From Mobula hypostoma (lineage: Eukaryota), in the NCBI RefSeq assembly GCF_963921235.1, contig NC_086097.1, positions 151,716,001-151,780,000 on the forward strand: 64,000 nucleotides of DNA, written 5' to 3'. Numbering within the stretch: the first letter of the stretch is position 1; each line of letters begins with the position of its first letter. Made by a program: the position numbers and the translations under genes. Positions 49,549 to 62,917 of the stretch are shown here, one piece after another. Below the pieces are notes generated by a model. It saw only the letters and a list, made by a program, of their open reading frames with translations. It was not told where the DNA came from and made no database searches.

Positions 49549-50514
49549 TTCTGAAATATTATTTCCACTCCAGTTTCTAAACTGTGGAGCAAATCGCAAG
49601 ACTTGATCCTTTGTTAGTGCTGAGTTGATCAGCTTTTAACTAAAGTAACAATTGGTATGCCACAGTCCGCCTCTGATCTAGCTAAATGGGAATTCAGCCT
49701 ATTCCTCTTTCTGTTGTTATCGAGTAACACTGTTAAATTGCAGATTTGGGTGTTGTCCCATGTGGCAGGTGCCACTTACTCTGAAAGCTCACTCCTGGAT
49801 GCCTATAACGTGCTATCTTGGGCTGCTTTGCCACTGCATTGAGCAGGTGCGCCAACACAGGATTAAAAAAAACATGGCAGGCACCAAATGATCCAGCATA
49901 CTTTCTCCAATAGCCTATAACATCACCTCAAGCATAATGCAAAGATACTGTGCAGATCAGTTTATCAAAGATGCATGTTTGTTTTAGTACAGAAAGATGA
50001 TGACAGCAGTATTTTACTCAACTTTCCTGTTCCTGTACAAATAGACCTGGTGTTTGAGTGAATGATTAATCATCCTGAAATCTAACCTTCATGGATATGA
50101 TTTTTTTAAACTTGTGTCACCATCCCTGTCAAGGCATAAGGAAAGTATTTTTCTTACATTAAGCAACATGTATCACCAAGGCTCATGCTATTAAGTTGCC
50201 TGTGAATGAAGCAATAATACAGAGAAACTTGCCAAGCCTGAGATATCTCCGATTGTGCCAGGGTCCCATCATCTCTAGAGTTCCTGCAGAGGAGCCAAAT
50301 AAAGGCTGAAGCTTCCGGAAACCTGTAAGATAGGGTGAGATCTAGAAGAGAAGTGCTCAGGGTAGCAGTCAACTGTTCTCTCAGCCTACAAAGGAACAGC
50401 TTAAGATCAGAGTAGGTGTGCTAAAAGACAACAGGCACATAGACCGATTGTAACCACAGTCTACTGGTCTCATGAGGATGGCAGGGATGGGTCGTGGGAC
50501 TGCAATGGTTGATA

Positions 50515-51510
50515 CAATATATATTAATGACTTGGATGAGGGAATTAAATGCAGCATCTCCAAGTTTGCGGATGACACGAAGCTGGGTGGCGGTGTTGGC
50601 TGGGAGGAGGATGCTAAGAGGATGCAGGGTGACTTGGATAGGTTGGGTGAGTGGGCAAATTCATGGCAGATGCAATTTAATGTGGATAAATGTGAAGTTA
50701 TCCACTTTGGTGGCAAAAATAGGAAAACAGATTATTAGCTGAATGGTGGCCGATTAGGACAAGGGGAGGTGCAACGAGACCTGGGTGTCGTTATACACCA
50801 GTCATTGAAAGTGGGCATGCAGGTACAGCAGGCGGTGAAAAAGGCGAATGGTATGCTGGCATTGATAGCGAGAGGATTCGAGTACAGGAGCAGGGAGGTA
50901 CTACTGCAGTTGTACAAGGCCTTGGTGAGACCACACCTGGAGTATTGTGTGCAGTTTTGGTCCCCTAATCTGAGGAAAGACATCCTTGTCATAGAGGAAG
51001 TACAAAGAAGGTTCACCAGATTGATTCCTGGGATGGCAGGACTTTCATATGAAGAAAGACTGGATGAACTGGGCTTGTACTCGTTGGAATTTAGAAGATT
51101 GAGGGGGGATCTGATTGAAACGTATAAGATCCTAAAGGGATTGGACAGGCTAGATGCAGGAAGATTGTTCCCGATGTTGGGGAAGTCCAGAACGAGGGGC
51201 CACAGTTTGAGGATAGAGGGGAAGCCTTTTAGGACCGAGATTAGGAAAAACTTCTTCACACAGAGAGTGGTGAATCTGTGGAATTCTCTGCCACAGGAAA
51301 CAGTTGAGGCCAGTTCATTGGCTATATTTAAGAGGGAGTTAGATATGGCCCTTGTGGCTACGGGGGTCAGGGGGTATGGAGGGAAGGCTGGGGCGGGGTT
51401 CTGAGTTGGAGGATCAGCCATGATCATAATAAATGGCGGTGCAGGCTCGAAGGGCCGAATGGCCTACTCCTGCACCTATTTTCTATGTTTCTATGTTTCT
51501 ATGTTTCTAT
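50515..51510 (+). mobile_element. Young 5'-truncated CR1 LINE
   Basis: IYINDLDEG, ISKFADDTKLGG, LEYCVQFWSPNL, RVVNLWNSLP; tail (ttctatgt)n. Confidence 0.95.
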
Positions 51511-51699
51511 GATAAATCCAGGGACCAGCTTTTTCAAAGTTCAAGCAATCTATTGAAAAAGGAATGTCCTCAGTACGCTCCTTCAGTTTGATTCCAACTT
51601 TATCAAACTGTGTCCTGGAGATGAGTTATGTGGCCTTTTAAATGACACACTGATCAAGAGCTAAATGATTATTGTTAGGGCAAAGGACAAATCACACCA

Positions 51700-51920
51700 C
51701 GAAGACAAGAGATTCTGAAGGTGCGGGGAATCCTGAGCAACACAGAAAGTGCTAGAGGAACTCAGCAGGTCAGGCAGCATCAAGGGAGAGGAATAAGCTG
51801 TTGATGTTACAGACCAAGACCCTTCATTAGGATGTCTACAACCCAAAACGTAAACTGTTTTCTTTTTACAAAGATACTGTTTGACTGACTGACAGTTCTT
51901 CCAGTAGTTTCATTTTTCTT
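51700..51920. mobile_element. Degenerate fold-back PLE-terminus element
   Basis: gaggaactcagcaggtcaggcagcatc...gacccttcattagga followed by a decayed inverted arm (aaacgtaaactg...gttcttccagtag). Confidence 0.6.
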
Positions 51921-53877
51921 TTACTCCAGTACTTGAGTTATTAAGGTACTTACAACAAGTTTGGGCTCTTTATTTCCTTCTTTTTCAAGGCAGTGGTAAT
52001 TCTGCTTGTGGAGGTATAAATGAACAATGAAAACAAAGGAGAATAGTAAAGATGAGCTGTGAACACTTGATGCATCACCGCATTATCTCAGCTATTAAAC
52101 GCAAATATGAGCAAGATAAAAGAAGTCCTTCTTAAAGAGAACTGGCCTGAAACCAGTTAATTAGCCAATCTAACCCTTTAGCTGTGTGATAAATTGTATC
52201 CCTGACTGCTGTGCAAGACTTCTTAAGGTCAACGTGCAAGACATAAAAGAATGCTTTCATGTCCTCTGGTAATGGATGACATAAAAATGCTGCTCATTTA
52301 CATTAATAGCAAAGATAAGTTTTGTTCTTCCTCTGTTTTACAATTACACTGGGTTTATATGGTTATTAACTGTAGTCACAGCTGGGTGGAAGAAGAGAGT
52401 GGAGCCAAGCAACAGATAAATGTTAGGGTTGATGTTGGAACAATTTCAGCCAGCAATATCATGTTGAGTCTGCCGAGACCACTAAATAGGAGATGGTATG
52501 AGAAATGCAAGTCAAACAGATCTCAATGTTGTCTGTTTCCTCCTCATACATGCTTCTCCCTGGGAATGATTGCAGGTTTGTTTGTTCTGAATTGAGCTGA
52601 TCCAGGCAGTGGAGTAAATAGGGTGCAATAATTGATTTCAATGGTTCTAGACCAGGCAGGATTCATTTTATACATCTTCAGAAGTGTTTAACTATATGTG
52701 CTCAAGGGATTCTGTAGGTGCTGGAAATCCAGAGTAACACAAAATACTGGAGGAACTCAGCAGGTCAGGTAGCGTCTAGGGAAAGGAATAAAGATTTCAA
52801 TATTTCAGGCTGAGACTCTTCCACAACTGTCTTTTTTCCAGTTTTGGAGAATCAAAAACTAGAGGACATGAGAGGGAAGGGATTCCTCAGAGAGTGGTCA
52901 ATATATGAAATGAGAAGCCAAAAGAAGAGGTTGAGCCAGGTACTTTTGAAAGACATTTGGATAGGATTATCAATAGGAAAGGTTTAGAGGGATATGGGCA
53001 AAATGCAGGAAAATGGGACAAGCATAGATGAATGCTTTGGTCAGAATGGACTAGTTTATCCTTAGGGCCTCTTTCCATGTTGTATGACTCCTTGACAATT
53101 ATCAGAAGTGATGTAATATTGAAGAAAGGAAGTGGGTTCCTTTATGAGCACTTGAATCTATTTAATGGTTGTTTGCACTGGTGGGAAACAAGTTTTGCTG
53201 GTACATCCCTGCGTCTGATATATCTTCTGCTTCTCACTGAAATCAAAGAAGACAGAATTATTTATTTGTGACCTCCCTGATCTAGTAGTGAGCAGCAAAC
53301 ACTGAGAAGTAGCAAAGATCTCTCGTAGCTGCTTGGGAATTCCAGCGACAAAGAAGCAAGAGTCAAGGTGATCTTGATATCCATGGACTGAGCAGCACTG
53401 ACTGAGAGTATGGCTGCAGAGCTTAAGCTTCATTTGTATATTCTAGTGTTGATGGCCTTGGAGAATCTGATCTTCAGAAAATATTGTTTCCCAGAAGGGT
53501 CCAAGGGACAAAAGAGACTGCAGAGTCATGGATACAGCCCAGACCTAGAACGCAGCACTTCCTCAGCAGTTGGATCCTTGATATCTCGACCAACAGATCT
53601 CAATCAGTACAAATAAGCACCTCTGCTATGAATTATCCTCAACACTGATACTCTGCAAAGCTGAATCCTCAGCCTCTTTCTTTACTCCCTGTGCACTCAC
53701 AACTGTGTGGCCAGATTCCACTCTAACTCTGTCGACAAGTTCTCACAGATGACGGCACCTTAATGTGCTGGATCTCAAAGAATGATGAGAAAGACTACAG
53801 GAAGGAAATTAGAAAACCTAGTAGCACAGTGTCAAGCAAGCAAACTTCCACTCAATGAAAGCAAAACAAAGGAGCAG

Positions 53878-54110
53878 CTGGTGAACCTGTGGAATTCTCT
53901 CCTCAATGAAGCAGTGGAGGCTACCTCAGTAAATATATTTAAGACAAGGTTGGGTAGATTTTTACATAGTAGGGGAATTAAGAGTTATGGGGAAAAGGCA
54001 GGTATGTGGAGATGAATCCAGGCTAGATCAGCCATGATCTTATTGAATGGTGGAGCAGGCTCGAGTGGCTGGATAGCCTACTCCTGCGCCCATTTCTTAT
54101 GTTCTTATGT
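53878..54110 (+). mobile_element. CR1 3'-end insertion
   Basis: LVNLWNSL...FKTRLGRFLHSRGIKSYG and tail ttcttatgttcttatgt. Confidence 0.85.
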
Positions 54111-54249
54111 CCTTATTGACTTCAGGAGGTGGGTAGAGAACATGTCCCTGTCTGTATCAACGACATTCCTTAGCTTTCTGAGAAAGTAGAGGCACTTGTG
54201 TACCTCCTTGATACAGAGATTGTTGAGAACTTAGAACTTCTAGATGTAA

Positions 54250-54769
54250 ATTCTGGAGTAACTTCTGAAATGCCTGCTTCACTGCTGCTGCTACTGTGCG
54301 ATCGAGATTCTCCGGAGGCGAAGGCCCCAAATCCTCGGTTTTGCCTAATGCCTGTTGCCGGGGCCAGGGTCGAAGCGCTCAGCAGAGATGGCGCTCGGTG
54401 CTCAGTGTCAGAGAGCTGGTCGGAGGCTCGGAGTTTTCGGACGGATTCAGAGTCGGACTGTGGTCGGATGCTTCCAGTATGCTGCATCAGCAAGTGGGCG
54501 GCGCTGGAGGTTTACCGTCTGCGTGAGATGATGGGACTTTCGAGAGACTTTGAGACTTTTACCGTGCCATGGTCTGTTCTTATCAAATTACGGTATTGCT
54601 TTGCACTGTTGTAGCTATATGTTATAATTATGTGGTTTTTGTTAGTTTTTAAGTTGGTTTGTCATGTGTTTCTGTGATATCATTCTGGAAAAACATTGTA
54701 TCATTTCTTAATGCATGTATTACTAAATGACAATATGAGGACTGCATGTCCTCATAATCTAATCTAAAT
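54250..54769 (+). mobile_element. Non-autonomous retroposon with Rex1-like tail (first family, copy 2, 5'-truncated)
   Basis: Homologous to the reverse complement of 16597-17090 (cagagatggcgctc, tcagagtcggactgtggtcgg, ccgtctgcgtgagatg, ttcttaatgcatg); tail (aatct)n. Confidence 0.8.
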
Positions 54770-55294
54770 ACTGTATCGCCAACAATTTATCTCGGTCCAA
54801 ACATGTAGACAGCTTGACAAAGGAAGCACACCAGTGCCTCTACATTCTCAGAAAGCTAAGGAAAGTCAGCATATACTGTATCTGGTGGTCCTCAACAATT
54901 TTTTTATATCATAGAAGGCATCTTATCCAGATGTGTCACAGCTTGTTATGGCAACTGCTCTTCCCAAGAGTGGAAGAAACTACAGGTTTTTGTGAACCAG
55001 GAGGGTGGCTTGTTTTCAACGAACCATCCTCCATCAATTTTATCTACACTTCCTGCTGTTTCAGGAAAGCTGTCAGCATAATAAAAGATTCTTCACACCC
55101 TAATCATTTTCTCTTCTCTCCTCTCCCAGCAGGCAGGAGATTTAAATGTTTACAAACTCATACCACCATTCTCAAAGACAGGTTCTATTGCACTGTTATA
55201 AGATTCTTGAACTAATCTCTTGTGCAATGAAGATGATCATGGCCCTTGCACTTTATCTGCTTCTGCACTTTCTCTGTAACTGCAACACAATATT

Positions 55295-58109
55295 TGTTGA
55301 GTATTTAATATTTCAGTAATATTTGTGTAATATAGTAAATATATAGTTGGATTAAGCATTTTTATTGTTTAATTAATTCATAATCGGTTATATGTAAAAG
55401 AGTGTGCATGATTTACATCATCACACCATGTTTTGGAGTTGCAAAACAGAACAGAGTACTAATTGATAATAATCATAAAAAAGAGCAGGAATGTCTGGCC
55501 ACATTGGAAGGACTGACACATTTAGTTACACAACAGATAACTGGATATGGTATATGGAGCCAAATGAGCAGTATTTTAAAGCAAATAAAATAGCCAATGA
55601 GATACGAGTACTACTTTTGCTGAGTGCATTGGATTTGACTGCTCCGACCAAACCAGCTGAAATAAGCTTTTCTGATATCGTAACAGTAATACAGAAATAT
55701 TTAAAACCAAAACCGCTGCTGATTGCAGAACATGTTAGGTTCCATAAGTGGAATCGAAAGGAAGAGGAGACCATTTCAGCTTGTGTAGCTAAATTGAAGA
55801 GGTTGTCTGAGCATTGTTATTTTAGTGATGGGTTTAATTATGCATTGAGAGATCGTTTCATTTGTGGAATCTTACAAGTAAGCATTCAAAAATGGCTCCA
55901 AACTGAAGCACAACTTACATTTAAAAGAATAGTTGAAATAGATATATCCAGGGAAACAATAGACAATGCAATGAGTTGCAGTCAGGAATGGAAGTGAGTG
56001 TGAACAAAATTGCAATGTCTATACAGAACCATGCCTGGCCAAACAAATTGTGTTACTGTTGTGGCAGGGACTCACATACACCAGACAAATGCAGGTTTAA
56101 AGGCAGAAAATGCAACAAAGTGGGACACATACAAAGTGCATGCCAGGCAGACAAAAATAGGTGGACCGCACAGGGAAAAGGGAAAAAAAAGTCGAAGTGC
56201 AGTTTCAAAGAGAGCACTAACCTAACTAACACAAGGACATAAGAACATGAGAAATAGGAGCAGGAGTAGGTCATCTGGGCTGTCGAGGCTGCTCTGCCAT
56301 TTAATATGATCATTGCTGATCTGGCCATGGACTCATCATGATCTACCTGCATTTTCTCCATAACCTTTAATTCCCCTACTATGCAAAAATCTATCCAACC
56401 TTGTCTTAAATGTATTTACTGAGGTTGTCTCCACTGTTTCACTGGCAGAGAATTCTACTGATTCACCACTCTCAGGAAAAAAGCAGTTCCTCCTCATCTC
56501 CATCCTAAACCTACTCCCCTGAATCTTAAGGCTATGTCCCCTAGTTCTAGTTAGATAATAGAAAAGCAATATGGCTTTCCAGAAGTGAACAGTGAATTAA
56601 TTAAAATTAAATTGGACACTGGCTTGGCTGGTTCAATAATTCCATAAAATAAGTTTGAACAGCATTTCAAAGAATCTAGACTGAAGGCTGCAGATACAGA
56701 ACTAAGAACTAATATTGGAGAAAATATTACTTCTGTGGGACATTAGCTACAGTCAAATACAACAACCAATAAGCCACATTGGGCTTGTATGTGGTAAAAA
56801 CAGGAGGGCCGGCATTGAGGGGTCATAATTGGCTGAGACAACTACCACTTGATTGGAGGTCCATCGACCATTTGCATGCCATATCCCCTGCAAAGGAGTC
56901 AACTGAAAACAAATTAAGAAAGGTACTGGATAATGCCACAGTGGTGTTCAAGGAAGGCATTGAAGTACTCAAACATAATAAGGGTAAAATAGAGCTAAGT
57001 GAAAATGCCACAACCAAGTTTTACAAAACTTGTCCAGTTCCTTATACTATCCTTGATAAAGTAGCCAGTGAGCCAGGTCGCATGGAGGCTGAAGGAATTC
57101 TTTCCAAGTTTGAGCAGAGTTGTTGGGAAATGCCAAGAAGCCAAGAAGAATGGGTCTGTTAGGATTTGTGATGATCTGAAGGTTACCATCAACCCAGGAT
57201 CAGTTCTTGTTGCCCAGGATAGAGGATATCTTTGTGAACCTTTCTGGGGGGAAACACTTCAGCAAAATGGACTTAACTGAGGCTTATACAGATGGAGGTG
57301 GAAGAAGAATCCGAAGTGTTTCTCACCATAAACACTCACAAAGGACGTTATCACTGTAATAGGCTTATTTTTGGAGTAGCATTTGCATCTGCTCTCTGGC
57401 GGAAAGCTATGGACCAGGTGCTGGGAAGGATGTCATGGAACATCTTCAAAATCTCAAGACAATGTTTAAAAGTATTAGAAGATTATGGGCTCTGAGCACT
57501 ACAAGTGTGAATTCTTTAAACCAGAAATCACTTACTATGGCACAAGGTTACACAAATGTGCTGAAACAATTCAAGCAGTAGTGGATGTCCCAAGGCCAAA
57601 GGATGAGTCACATTTGCAGTCCTTTTTATGATTGATCAATTACTATAACAGGTTCCTGCCAAACCTGGCTACTGTGCTCCACCCTTGAACTCATTACTGC
57701 AGGTCGGGAAGAAATCGCAATGGACAAAGCAGTGTGAGGTGGCTTTCCAAAAGGTAAAGAAATAGTGATGTTAGACAATATATTCACACATTATGATTGA
57801 TATCATCCTATGAAGCTTGCTAGGCACCATTTGGAATATCAACATAACCAGAAGTAAGGTGCCCCGAGATGTCAGAACCACTTCCTACAGTCCCAGAGTC
57901 AACTCCTACAATCACTATAGAGGAGATCCCACAACTGGAGAATGTTTCACCCGTTAAACAAAATGACTCTCCTTGTGAGGAAAGGTATTATCCCACAAGA
58001 CTAAGGAAGCGTCCACATCAATTAAGCCTTCAGGCCTGAATAGGACACTTTAAAAATACTGCATTGACTTGTGAATGTTTATATAGTGGTTGTAATACAT
58101 AGGATACTG

Positions 58110-58158
<49 letters not shown>

Positions 58159-58449
58159 TCTCTCACCCCTTATGGGTGGTGTGATTGTGTATTTTTCCTC
58201 AATCTTGAGTCCTTTTCCAGAGGCCTGGGAGCTTGACGTTGTGACGCATCTTGGGATGGACCCCTCACACTTATGCCACATCTGCACACAGAAACCTCCA
58301 GGTCAGAGTGACAAGAACAAGTAGAGTAATGCAAGTTTAAAAGTTGCCCAGATTAGCAAGATCTGCGCCAAGGCTTGGGGAACTGGGACCATCTGTTGAT
58401 AAAGTGGCTTACCGGAACAAATCATAAATGGATGAGACTAGACAACATC

Positions 58450-58481
<32 letters not shown>

Positions 58482-58798
58482 GAGTATATACTGTATATAA
58501 CTTGAGATGCATTCTATATTGAGTTAAGAGTTTATAGCCAACAGGATGGAGCATTATGTATTTAATATTTCAGTAATATTTGAGTAATATACTGTTTGAT
58601 TAAGCATTCTTGGTTGTTTAAATAATTCATCTGGGTTATATGTGAAAGTACATGCACAGCATACACCATCACACCACCATGTCAAACGCATATATCTCGC
58701 TGAAGGTAAAAACTACTAAGAAAGTCCTTGAGTTATTCCTGGCTCTTCTGCGTTTTTATCTGATTAGATTTTATGTTTTGTAGATCCAAAACATAACA
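55295..58798 (+). mobile_element. Gypsy LTR retrotransposon, degenerate and internally deleted; LTRs 55295-55453 and ~58552-58798
   Basis: Both LTRs share gtatttaatatttcagtaatatttg and end in aaca; TSD atatt/ctatt; gag ALRDRFICG, Zn knuckles CYCCGRDSHTPDKC and CNKVGHIQSAC; protease LDTG; RT KKNGSVRICDDLKVTIN, TINTHKGRY.CNRLIFG. Confidence 0.9.
56235..56550 (-). mobile_element. CR1 3' end inserted into Gypsy gag-pol
   Basis: TRTRGHSLKIQGSRFRMEMRRN...FKTRLDRFLHSRGIKGYG; same family as 53878-54110. Confidence 0.9.
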
Positions 58799-59369
58799 CT
58801 ATTCTGCATTCTGTTAATGTTTTTCCTTATGTACTACCTCAATGTACTTATATTTGGTATGGATGGCTTGCAAAACAAAGCTTCTCTCTATATCTTGATA
58901 CATATCAGAATAATAAACCAATTACCTGACCACTGAAATCATCAACTCTGGAAGGTAGCATTTATTGTCAAGGATGTCCACCATCCAGTTCATGTAACCA
59001 TCATGTTCTTGAATCAACTTATGCAACCCTAATTTCACCTCAGCAATGGATGAATACTGGTCATCTCTTGCACTCTCATGGCCTTTCTCTGATTGAATTA
59101 TTTTTTGGAATGATGTTTTGGTTCATGAAGTCTTTTCTTTCTTTCACTGTCTTATATAATTTATTATAATTTATGTTTTGTATTTTGTTGTCTGAATCCA
59201 TGTGCCTGCAATCGAGTTTGTCAATGTGCCTGTACCTCACTGTATTTATGCAAATGAAAATGAACAATTTAACATTACCACCAATAATGGAGTGCTGATG
59301 CTGTATTACCACTGGGACAGCCCCGAATGAATATCTTAACAGCTAAATGCTGGAGAAAGCTCTCACCGT

Positions 59370-60497
59370 TAGTCAGTCCGGATCGGAAGCAGCATCTCCA
59401 ACACCATCACACTGAGCACGGGGGCCCCCCAGGGCTGTGTGCTCAGCCCACTGCTGTTCACTCTGCTGATCCATGACTGTGCAGCAACACACAGCTCGAA
59501 TCACATCAACAAGTTCGCTGATGACACGACCGTGGTGGGTCTCATCAGCAAGAACGACAAGTCAGCATACAGAGAGGAGGTGCAGTGGCTAACGGACTGG
59601 TGCAGAGTAACAACCTGTCTCTGAATGTGAACAAAACAAAAGAGATGGTTGTTGACTTCAGGAGAGTGTGGAACGATCACTCTCCACTGAACATTGATGG
59701 CTCCTCCGTTGAGATCCTTAAGAGCACCAATTTCTTGGTGTTCACCTGGCGGAGAATCTCACCTGGTCCCTCAACACCAGCTCCACAGCCAAGAAAGCAC
59801 AACAGCGTCTCTGCTTTCTGCAAAGGCTGAGAAAAGTCCATCTCCCACCCCCCATCCTCACCGCATTCTGCAGAGGATGCATCAAGAGCATTCTGAGCAG
59901 CTGCATCACTGCCTGGTTCAGGAATTGCACCGTCTCGGATCTCAAGACCCTGCAGCGGATAGTGAGGTCAGCTGAGAAGATCATCGGCGTCTCTCTTCCC
60001 ACCATTACAGACATTTACACTACACGCTGCACCCGTAAAGCCAACAGCACCCCTTATACAAACTCTTCTCCCTCCTACCATCTGACAAAAGCCACCAAAG
60101 CATTTGCGCTCTCAAGACTAGACTGTGCAACGGTTTCTTCCCCCAAGCCATCAGACTCCTTAATACCCAGAGACTAGACTAACATCTACATCATTTATTA
60201 TTATATTGTAATTTGTCCTTTACTGTGCCTATTGTCTTGTTTATTATTTATTGTACTGTCCTGCACTGTTTTGTGCACTTTATGTAGTCCTGTGTAGGTC
60301 TGTAGTCTAGTGTAGCTTTTGTGTTGTTTTACGTAGCCTAGTGTAGCCTTGTGCTGTCTCACTTAGTCTAGTGTAGTTTTGTGTTCTTTCATGTAGCACC
60401 ATGGTCCTGGAGGAACATTGTTTCATTTTTACTGTGTACTGTACCAGCAGTTCATGGTCGAAATGACAATAAGAAGTAACTTGACTTGACTTAACTT
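59370..60497 (+). mobile_element. Relatively young Rex1/Babar LINE 3' part
   Basis: STGAPQGCVLSPLLFTL, KFADDTTVVGLI, LNVNKTKEMVVDFR; tail aatgacaataag...(acttg)n. Confidence 0.92.
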
Positions 60498-60814
60498 GAA
60501 GTACAGACTGTTGACTTTGGAAGGTGCTTTTGTATCCTGCATTCAGTTTTGAATGGAAAATCAATTTAAATAATGAGAAGAGCAACTTTGTTTTGCGAGT
60601 TGTGCTTAGTTGTACTGAGAGGAATCTAAGGTTTCATGCCAGATTAAGTCAGGAAAGGCAGGAGTAATCAGAGTAGGAATTGTAAAATCATTAGATCAAT
60701 GTAGAGAACATGACATCCAACGTGTTTATGGCAAGATACTAAACAGTTAATGTTTGTTAACCATTGTACTATTTGTTTGTTGAACAATTTTAATATTTGT
60801 TAATCATCTAGTTA

Positions 60815-61970
60815 AGCACAAAAGATTCTGCAGATGCTGAAAATTTTGAGTAATACACACAAAATACTTGGGGAGCTCAGCAAGTCAGGCAGCAACAAAT
60901 GGTGGGGAACAAATTGTCGATGATTCAGTTTGAGACCCCTCATTCGGACTGAAAAGTCAGAATAAGAAGGTGCGGGAGAACAAACTAGAAGGGGATAGAT
61001 AAAGCCAGGTGAGGGGAAAGGTAGGTGTCTGGGGGAGAGGGTTAAAGTAAGAAGCTGGGAGGTGATTGGTGGAAAAGGTAAAGGGCTGAAGAAGAAGGAA
61101 TCTGATTGCAGAAGAGTGTCTACCATGGGAGAAAGGGAAAGAGGATGGAGGAAAACCTGAGGGAGGTGATGGGCAAATGAGGAGAAGAGAAGGGGCGAGA
61201 GAGTAACCAGAATGAGGAATATCAGCTCCCACTTTGTCACGATAGTTCTCTCAAGTGATGCTATGTCTTAGTTTGGAGAAAATTAGAAGTCGAACCTTTG
61301 AAACTTTATTTGACTTTGAGAAAAGATGGGGCTCATTTGCTCGTTATTATCATTTGAGCTAATTGATAGATTTTTTCCACGATCTAATTATAAATTTTTT
61401 GGTGTATTTTCTTTTCTTGCTGGCGGTTTGATGTTTATTTTTAGAAGCTTTTTGTATGACGCATGGCTCTGGGGTTGTATACCTAATGGGTTCTTTTTTT
61501 GTCCTCACTTTTCTGCGTAGTAGGTTTTTTTTGTTATCACAAATATATTTTTTCAATCTTTACGATAATGTCTCTTTTGAGACATTGTAAGTGTTGTTAC
61601 TTCAATGTACTCTTGTTATTTCTTTTGTATAATATAACAATAAAAAGATTTGAAAAGAAAGAAAAGAATGAGGAATAGAAAAAAGAGAGTGAAGGAGGAA
61701 TGGTGAGGAAGTACTGGAAGTTAGACAATTGAAGTTTATGCCATCAGATAGGAGGCTGATCCTCCTACCTGGGTTTGGTCTCATGATGAAAGTAGAGGAG
61801 GCCATGGACTGAAAGTAGCAAGTCGAATTGAGATGCATACCCACTGGAAGATGCTGCCTTTTGCTTCAGACAGTGTGAAGGTGCTCGACAAAATGGTCCC
61901 TAATTCTGTGTTTTGACTCACCAATGTAGAGGAGGCCACATCGGGCGCACCAGGTACAATAGATGACCAC
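60815..61970 (-). mobile_element. Older PLE 3' fragment (GIY-YIG remnant and pLTR), split by an L1
   Basis: Decayed VIYCTWCARCGLLYIGES (61910-61970); pLTR with decayed hammerhead at ~60915-60952. Confidence 0.8.
61222..61664 (+). mobile_element. L1-clade LINE 3' end
   Basis: PTLSR*FSQVMLCLSLEKIRSRTFETLFDFEKRWGSF (fish-L1-like ORF2 C-terminus), T-rich UTR, aataaa, A-rich end; 13-bp TSD agaatgaggaata (61209-61221 and 61665-61677). Confidence 0.8.
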
Positions 61971-62329
61971 AAGATAATTTATGTTTGGTGTCAGAGAGGA
62001 CCCATCTTTATTGTTGAAATAACATCCACAGCTCTTTTAAGATCCACGTGAAATTATAGATCAAACTTTGATTAAGTGTTACATTTGAAAGTGTCTCATT
62101 GTCTGTGAATTACTGTATTGGGCAGTAAGCTTTGATTTTGTTATCACATCTCTTGTGTCAGAGTTCAATACAGATGTGAGCGTGAGCTATAACTTGCACT
62201 GGTAGAATACAAAATTAAAGCTTCCCATTGCAGCTTGAATCTTTTCTGCAGGATCTGTAAAATGCTCTGGGCAGGCACATATCTCAAACTGTAGTTGTGT
62301 TCAGAACCGCACCAGGGGAGCATCCAAAA

Positions 62330-62912
62330 CCCTGGAAGGAAAACATCAAGGAAAGCATTTGAATGACTCAAGTCATGCCTCACACAAAGGTTGCAGTTGT
62401 TGAGCTCAATAAATCAAACCTTGACGTGCACGATTTCTTCAAGGACTTGACCCACCTTCAGTTGCTTAGTCAATGATTTTCACTGGAAAGGCTGGAATGA
62501 GAAACATTCATTGATGGTCGTGCAATGTTCAGTTCCACTTGTAACTACTCAATGAATGAAGAAGTCTTTACCAGCATGTAACAGGAGCTGGACAATATTT
62601 AGCTCTGAGTAATAACTGGCAAGTAACATTCAAGACAGAAAAAGGTAAGAGGAGATGAACAACCCCAACAACAGGGAGGCTAAATGCCTATCCTTGATAT
62701 TGAGTGCTGTTACCATTGTTGAACACCACCAACTAACAATGTTCCATGAGTCACAATGTGCCAGAAACTCAGCTGGACAGTTCACATAAATATTATGAGC
62801 AAAATAAAGGTCGGAGGCATGATATACTGCGATAAGCAATTTATCTCCTGATACCCCGAAGGCTTTCAATGTCAGACTGTGATGGAATATTCTCCACTTT
62901 CCGAGACAAGTG
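62330..62912 (+). mobile_element. Ancient CR1/L2-group LINE RT fragment
   Basis: Decayed QELDNI..W...WQVTF, V.MCQKLSWTVHIN, VRL.MEYSPL motifs. Confidence 0.6.
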
Positions 62913-62917
62913 CATGG

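Larger units (their letters stand above)
53615..58925 (+). mobile_element. Rex1/Babar LINE host, split by a CR1 tail, a non-autonomous retroposon and a Gypsy element
   Basis: LPLNESKTKE (53850), KAVSIIKDSSHPNHFLFSPLPAGRRFKCL (55065-55150); tail resumes at 58799. Confidence 0.75.

Noticed and set aside
50735..51427. 230-aa minus-strand ORF
   Set aside because: Antisense shadow of a young CR1 RT; the same applies to other ORFs opposite CR1, Rex1 and PLE copies
51990..52013. Possible 24-nt micro-exon (acceptor ttccttctttttcaag, donor gtataa)
   Set aside because: Weak donor and too short to support without expression data
54170..54614. 138-aa and 107-aa ORFs
   Set aside because: They span a repeat junction and the GC-rich non-autonomous element; no domain is recognisable
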